From: Catajapyx aquilonaris
Taxonomy: Eukaryota
Assembly: GCA_000934665.2 (NCBI GenBank)
Contig: KZ537994.1
Location: 124,001-176,641, forward strand
Direction: 5' to 3'
Length of the DNA stretch: 52,641 nt
Part shown: one piece after another, positions 46,102-52,641 of the stretch
How positions within the stretch are numbered: the first letter of the stretch is position 1
How the letters are laid out: every line of letters starts with the position of its first letter
Notes under the pieces: model-generated
What the model was told of the DNA's origin: nothing
Seen by the model: the letters and a program-made list of their open reading frames with translations, nothing else
Database searches by the model: none
Translations under genes and position numbers: made by a program

Positions 46102-49100
46102 CGGCGGAATATGACAGGTGCCGGCGGCTAAATTGACGCCTTGTTTGGATAGCAATGATTCAGCCCTGTTGCGTGCACAGTTAATCTGCACGATGTGTGT
46201 CATCAGAATAGAAGTTCAAGATCCGCAGGAAACAACAACATTTTGAAACGTGGCATTTGCAATAAGTAAGCGATGCCCTTCGCACAGCTTTGCTAATTTA
46301 AAAAAAAGCAACATTCATGATAGCCAGTTAACGAATCTGAAAATGCGAAGAAACATGTGACATTAGGTACATGTAGCTCATTATTATGGATTGTACTTGT
46401 GTCCAGTGGCCGTGCCATTCATATTAACAGTTACATCAAAGACGCGCTCATGCAACATTGATGGAATGTTCAAAATGGCATATTATCATTATTTATTTAT
46501 ATGTTTATTATCTGTTAAAATCATTGACGCCCTCTTCGTGATCAAGCATATGTTAGGAGGTAGGGCATGAATGTTATTGTGTGTCCTTGACCGATTACGA
46601 CAGTAACAGTAAGAAGCCGCGTGGGCACGTTCCTCGGAGGAATGTGATTGATAACTTGAGATATCGCTTGCGTGCAACTTACGTCTTACCATCAGTTCGC
46701 CATCTTAGATGAAATCTGAAGGCATGCTGTGGTCGGTATGCCCACTGCCCCCGACATATCCAATCAGAGTTAACAAGAGGTACTCTGATTATGCAACATT
46801 GACACAAGTTGAGTAATATGAACAAAAACAATATTGCAGTTAGCGCTAGACATGCGTTCAATTAATGTTCCTCTGATGTTTATTTACAGAACACAATTTT
46901 AGTACATCTCATTTGATGACCGTTATGACCTGAGAGGTTGGATTTCCCATACTGAATTAGCCTGAATATTATCAGCCACCGGTTATTTTTCATCGGGATT
47001 CTCCCATTCCCCTCCACAGTGAACCCAAGGCTAACTAAATCTGAATATTTCCCCGTATGCAAAACCACACTGCCCATCGGGGCAAACCATTACATAGATT
47101 ACAACCAGGAAATTTTGTCACCACGTGTAACATGCTTTCCTTCCATTACCCAATCTCACATTCCTTATCAATAAGTGCGCCCCATTTTTTTTTTTACCCA
47201 GCCCAAATGCCAACGAATGGACACGCCAACTTGGTGCAGGTAATGGGTGGGAAATTCCAAGCCAGGGGCGTAGCCAGTCTTTCGGAGGGAATCCCGTGAT
47301 CGGTACTTCCCCCGGCTCATGTGCCGTAGCTTGTGGCCCCATGGCATGACTCAGAATCACCACCTCACGTGGCTTCCAACACACGAGGGGCCAACCAGAC
47401 ACCAGGCCAGAGGAATGTGGGCTGAGCTGGATCACATGATCCCTCTTTCCGGGAAGTCAATCGATTCGATGTGGAAAAGGACAAAACCTTTGGTCCGTGA
47501 CCTTTTTCCAGACGTAACAATTACGTAGTCGATGCTGGAAGAAACAACGTTTTCCTCGCCCGATTCCAAGATTTTCCTTGTTTTGAATTATACATTTTAT
47601 GTCTGAAGGTCACCTGTAAGCGCCGTGCCTGTAACCTGTAAGATTCGATTTTATTGCCGGTATCGCTGCGCGGTATGTTTTCCTCTTATCGCGAGCGTGG
47701 AGAGCAATGCAAACAATAAATTACACGCAAGCTATACACAAAAATCCACTTGATTCACCACGTTTTAAGGTCGCCATAATTATGGTATTACCCTGGCCTA
47801 TTTACCAAGCAGTAGGCTACTATACACATACATGGACATGACAGATTCTGTGAAGTTGGAGCAATATGGGCGATAAAAACCTATTGTTTCCAAATTGCGC
47901 AATTCAATGCAATTTTGTGGATCAGGTTTTACTCCGTTTGAAATCGGGGCAAAAATTAGGCCTACATTTACTTGTATATGTACTGTACATTTCACCAAGT
48001 AAGTCACAGATGCCTGGATGGCGGGCGTGTATCTGTTATGAATCATGATAACGAAGGATTTCCCATTTTCAGACAACAATTGCGTATGTTCCGATGTGGG
48101 AGTTCACCCTTGTCAAGCTGAATCCGATGCAACATAATGTCACAAAGAGGAATGCAAGTACATGTCTATTCAGTGTACCAAATTGCTGGCATGAATTACA
48201 GAGGCTACAAAAAATACTATATTCGTCTAATGGAACATAATGTATACTAGTTAGCTAACTATACCAGCATTTGGACTTTGATAAACTATTATCTGTGGAA
48301 GGGTGAATGCCAGGACGTTCACTTTGCTTGGATAGCTAGATTTTTGTGGTCCCAAAGTTGTGTCCGCATAAATGTGTCAACGCCCTATGGTGAACCAGCC
48401 CTTTTAGGGGCGGGTGAAGAGACTCGCCCCTGGGGTTGTTGGTCCAGGTGCCTCTACCCCTGGGCCCCTTCACCGGATCAATCACCCTGTTTATGTCTGA
48501 TGCCCTTACTCCCCCCCAGACCAGGAGTTCGATTGGACTGTCCCTTTCATTGCGGCGCACGTGGCCTTGCAGCACTCACGTGAAGGCCAAGGACACGTGG
48601 AGCAAGGCCACGACCTCGCTCTCCATCTCGTGCAATACTCTCTGGTTCCTGCATGTTGGGCCACGAATCATCCTTCTGGGTAAACACATGCTCGTTACCA
48701 AGACCCACAAGTCACACACAGAGAAATGATTTGCCAATGTTTATATAAACTGGGGCACTCACTAAATGTGGGTATACACTACAGGTGTGTCACAATATTG
48801 TGCGTAGTTATGATAATCTCATGTACAGACATAACGTGTTAATATTACCGCGCGTTATCACCTTGTGATAATAAATGTGTCTCACGGCTCATTTTAAGAG
48901 ACAGGGTTCATGTCGGCGGGTATCTAGGTAGATGTGTGACGTGAAACTGAGGCTACATGGTGCGTCAGTTGCAGTTGTTGTGATTGATGTGACATAATTT
49001 ATTGGAGGATCTGCTAATTGACAAAGGGTGTGGTGAAATCAGTATTGATGATGCAAAATCTCAAACATGCCCGTATGCTTGGTTTATTCTCCATGGGGTC

Positions 49101-51021
49101 AAATGTTACATAATATCAAGAGTGATAATATGTATCCCACATGCGAGCTTGATCATCTATAGAAGTTACTACGTTCGGTAATGGCAATGAGCAAAATTAA
49201 ATATTAATGGCAATGTTAGACATAGAAGAGACGATTCTTTTTGAAGTGAAAAAATTGCTAAATATATTAATTTAGCCCATAGTTATGCCCATATAAAAAT
49301 TATAAAGCAGTCAAGACCCTTGTAGAAAATACCGGTAATGAAGATGTAAGCAGTTTAATGTAAGAATGTAGCTAATGGATATATTACATAAGCAAACTTT
49401 TGTTATAATAAATCGACTCATTCACTCAAGTTGTTCAAAGTTCATTATCATCAAGAGCCGGCTTGATTAATGGAAGGGTGTAGCCGACCTTTATCGCTAA
49501 TATGACTGCACGACATCGGCGAATTATACATGCAATATTTTCTGCACGATACCAAAGGCTCGTGTGAATGCATGTAGTGATAGCTAGCAACACTTATGTC
49601 CGCTAGTATGTGATCAAGTGAGCATTGCTCCCTCTCATCTCATTATGCTGTACAGAAGTTATATTGAATGAAGTGTGCATCTGCACTTGTGCTCAAGGTT
49701 AAAAATTTCTTAAATATTGGTACATAATTATGTCCATGAAAATCTGCATATTCTATGAACAAGTAAAAAACCTTGATAAATTTTGCTTTATGGATTGTGG
49801 TCTGCACCATACTTCATGTCGTTGCGTGTACGGTACCGGAAGTTACTTCTTAAGCATGCGCCAACCTGTTAAAGTTCTCGTCGATATCACGAGGTCGTAG
49901 GAAGTAAACTTGAACTGTTGTGGGGGTGGGCGGCTCTCAGAACTCTGAAGGACACAAGGACAATGTTCCTGGTGGGGCTGGGAGGAAGGGCCAGGGGGAA
50001 GATATCGACAAAATATTATAACTTGCATGCAGGAAGGGTGCACTATGTTGCATTAGAATCCCAATTACCAAAAAGTTAGTGCCAAGTTACATACAAGTGT
50101 TTACTTCCGTAACAATATTATTGCCACCACAATAAATAGCCTACGTTACACTGCGTGTGTATGGGGAAAATTTACATGCCATTCCAAAGCGCAATCTTTC
50201 TGATGTACTTCACGTTAAGAATCTCATTTATCACTCCCAAGTGAGTCAAGTGCATTGAAATCATTTCAATGTACAATTTGAATCATAAGGATAAAGAGGC
50301 TGCATAGCCTAATTTGCTAAGCTTGTAAAAAAATTTAATGTAAAGCCTTTATATCCCATCTGTGGATCGGGTGACTGGTAAGCTTGGGTCTAATATTATT
50401 TTACGCGATCTGAAATTAGCATAGACCGTAGAGGAAGTGGTGGCACCTCGTGTTGCGCATTACACAGAAGAAAGGCGCTGATACAGAGCGCATCCGCTTA
50501 TTCTTATATGACCAATCCATTCTAGGAGCCTGTTTATGCTGCACAATAATTCAATCTGACGCTCGTGTAGTAAGAATAGGACGCTGGACCCTGTCTGGAC
50601 CAAGAAAAATATGCTGCTTTTCATTACTCAGCTCGACTCAGTCCTTTCCCACACAAGGAAATGACTGCATACAGCAAACAGGAGCGGGGGTGATTTTCCC
50701 ACCTGTCACTGATCTAACACTTGTCGAAAAGGTCAAAATCATACTCTTTTAGTTCGGTGTATATTTGGCAAGAATAATATAGAGCTACACCGCTACAAGG
50801 CCGAAGATAATTACGGATTTCCTGTCTAATTTACGGGTGAGCTAATTTCGAATTTTTGTGGATAGGTTCATTAATCAGTACTCAATCAGTGTGTACGCAT
50901 ATGGGCGTTTAGAGCCATCAGAGATATCACAGTGCTGTCACAATTATATGAATCATATTGAGTAACGTGAAGGTCATCACCCTAGGAGAGTGGAGTACCT
51001 CCAGAAGAAGCACCCTCTCTC

Positions 51022-51140
51022 GCCAAGGGCCATACCACGTTGAAAGCACCGGTTCTCGTCCGATCCCCGAAGTGAAGCTACGTCGGGCCCGGGTAGTACT
51101 TGGATGGGTGACCGCCTAGGAATGCCGGGTGCACTTGGCT
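51022..51140 (+). rRNA. 5S rRNA gene
   Basis: 119 nt GCCAAGGGCCATACCACGTTGAAAGCACCGGTTCTCGTCCGATC…AGTACTTGGATGGGTGACCGCC…CTTGGCT. Helix I ends pair, and an oligo-T Pol III terminator follows. Confidence 0.93.
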
Positions 51141-51225
51141 ACTCTTTTTTTTTCCTCTTCTTCTTTCCAATGGAGTAAGGTGGCCCTAGTGGAGTGGAGT
51201 ACCTCCAGAAGAAGCACCATCTCTC

Positions 51226-51344
51226 GCCAAGGGCCATACCACGTTGAAAGCACCGGTTCTCGTCCGATCCCCGAAGTGAAGCTACGTCCGGCCCGGGTAG
51301 TACTTGGATGGGTGCCCGCCTAGGAATGCCGGGTGCACTTGGCT
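51226..51344 (+). rRNA. 5S rRNA gene (variant copy, possibly pseudogene)
   Basis: Tandem copy 204 bp after the first, with two private substitutions (CGTCCGGCC, GGTGCCCGCC) and a T5 terminator. Confidence 0.85.
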
Positions 51345-51803
51345 ACTCCTTTTTATGTCATCGTAATATTATTTTCATCATTTTGCACCTATATATTTCC
51401 GCCCGAGATGTGTACTTCAGTATAATATTATTACGCATGGGAACTGTCCAGATATACAGATTCCTATTCTTACTACGCGAACGTAAGATTGTCGTCGCCA
51501 CCTGAATGATTGTGCAGCATAAACAGGCTCCTAAGAATCTCTGGTCCTAAGAAGTGGATGCCTTGTATCAGCACCTTCTTCTGTGTAATACGCAACACGA
51601 GGCGCCACCACTTCCTCTATGCTAATTTAAGATCGGTTCCAGTTAGACGGCCCCATCAGTAGCTATATTGGAGCACTAACCCTGCGATAGACCTCTGGGA
51701 AAATTATCTCCATGATGTCACCATGCTTTTGAACCCAGGTTGTCCCATACGCCATACTACTGGGATAATGTAGGTGTGACAACATAAATTATACAGTAGA
51801 ATC

Positions 51804-52092
51804 CAGTGGCGGATCCAGGGGGGAGGGGCGAAGGCAAAAAACGGAAAATAGAAAAAAAAGGAGGGGGGGGGGGGGGGNNNNNNNNNNNNNNNNNNNNNNN
51901 NNNNNNNNNNNNNNNNNNNNNNNNNNNNNNNNNNNNNNNNNNNNNNNNNNNNNNNNNNNNNNNNNNNNNNNNNNNNNNNNNNNNNNNNNNNNNNNNNNNN
52001 NNNNNNNNNNNNNNNNNNNNNNNNNNNNNNNNNNNNNNNNNNNNNNNNNNNNCCCCCCCCCCCCCCCCGAAAAATTTCTGGATGCGCCACAG
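51804..52092. mobile_element. Non-autonomous hAT-type element spanning an assembly gap
   Basis: GTAGAATC|CAGTGGCGGATCCAG … CTGGATGCGCCACAG|GTAGAATC: 15-bp TIR and 8-bp TSD. Confidence 0.85.
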
Positions 52093-52504
52093 GTAGAATC
52101 AGGATATTGCGGAAAAAGTTATGTTATAACCGGTTATAACCGAGGTCTGTTAATACTGTTATAGTAAATTATCTCTTCAAGGACCACACAGTTTTTGTGT
52201 GTTTATTATGTGCATATAATGCACGCTACTATATGCTGATTTACGAAACTATCGACGAAAAATTTTAACTGGCCCAACCGTAAATTATGGGAGATATTTA
52301 AAAATCCGTCATTTATCTTCTGCCATCTCCGTGTTGCCAAATATACAAGAAAAAAACGATTTTTAATATTTTCGGCAAGTGTAAATAGGAGCATCTAGAT
52401 CAGCTTTGCTAAATTTCTCATAGCAAAACAGCATCCAAAATTAAAGCAGATACTCGTATGATTAAATATTACATGAGGAAATTGGTAGCGAAAAATAAAA
52501 GAGT

Positions 52505-52623
52505 AGCCAAGTGCACCCGGCATTCCTAGGCGGTCACCCATCCAAGTACTACCCAGGCCCGACGTTGCTTAACTTCGGGGATCGGACGAGAACCGGTGCT
52601 TTCAACGTGGTATGGCCCTTGGC
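52505..52623 (-). rRNA. 5S rRNA gene, inverted orientation
   Basis: Reverse complement gives a 119-nt 5S with canonical GAAGTTAAGCAACG, the same 5' flank (GAAGAAGCACCCTCTCTC) and a T-run terminator. Confidence 0.93.
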
Positions 52624-52641
52624 GAGAGAGGGTGCTTCTTC

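Noticed and set aside
51022..51344. 5S-derived SINE3 interpretation
   Set aside because: The copies are full 119-nt genes ending directly in oligo-T terminators, with conserved 5' flanks and no SINE body.
51863..52068. Poly-G/poly-C runs around N gaps (also at 16404-16440 and 22096-22117) as G-quadruplex features
   Set aside because: Run lengths are unreliable because they border assembly gaps typical of homopolymer dropout.

Overview
Eukaryotic (animal, most plausibly arthropod) genomic DNA with spliceosomal introns. I can assemble four protein-coding genes by hand. (1) The 3' end of an ABCA-family transporter gene on + (1-2404). (2) A convergent, full-length ABCA paralogue on - (about 1,850 aa, 25 frame-consistent exons from 15420 to 2948, with candidate 5' exons at 16.1 kb and 29.5-30.1 kb). 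(3) A three-repeat Myb of the B-Myb/invertebrate type (+, 30872-38303). (4) A GADD45 homologue (-, 45377-43650). Three 5S rRNA copies lie at the right end. The 16-29 kb interval is crowded with three tRNA-derived SINE families (one carrying a V-SINE-like core), non-autonomous DNA transposons/MITEs and a three-level nested insertion. Most notable: both ABCA proteins have open frames but degenerate ATPase motifs, and the full-length one has no canonical catalytic site in either NBD, so they are candidate pseudo-ATPase ABCA proteins. That gene may also share a bidirectional E2F-bearing promoter with Myb. A tandem 5S pair sits between ~100-bp inverted repeats, and GADD45 has a zero-spacer p53-type element in intron 1. 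All calls come from manual reading; no database searches were run.
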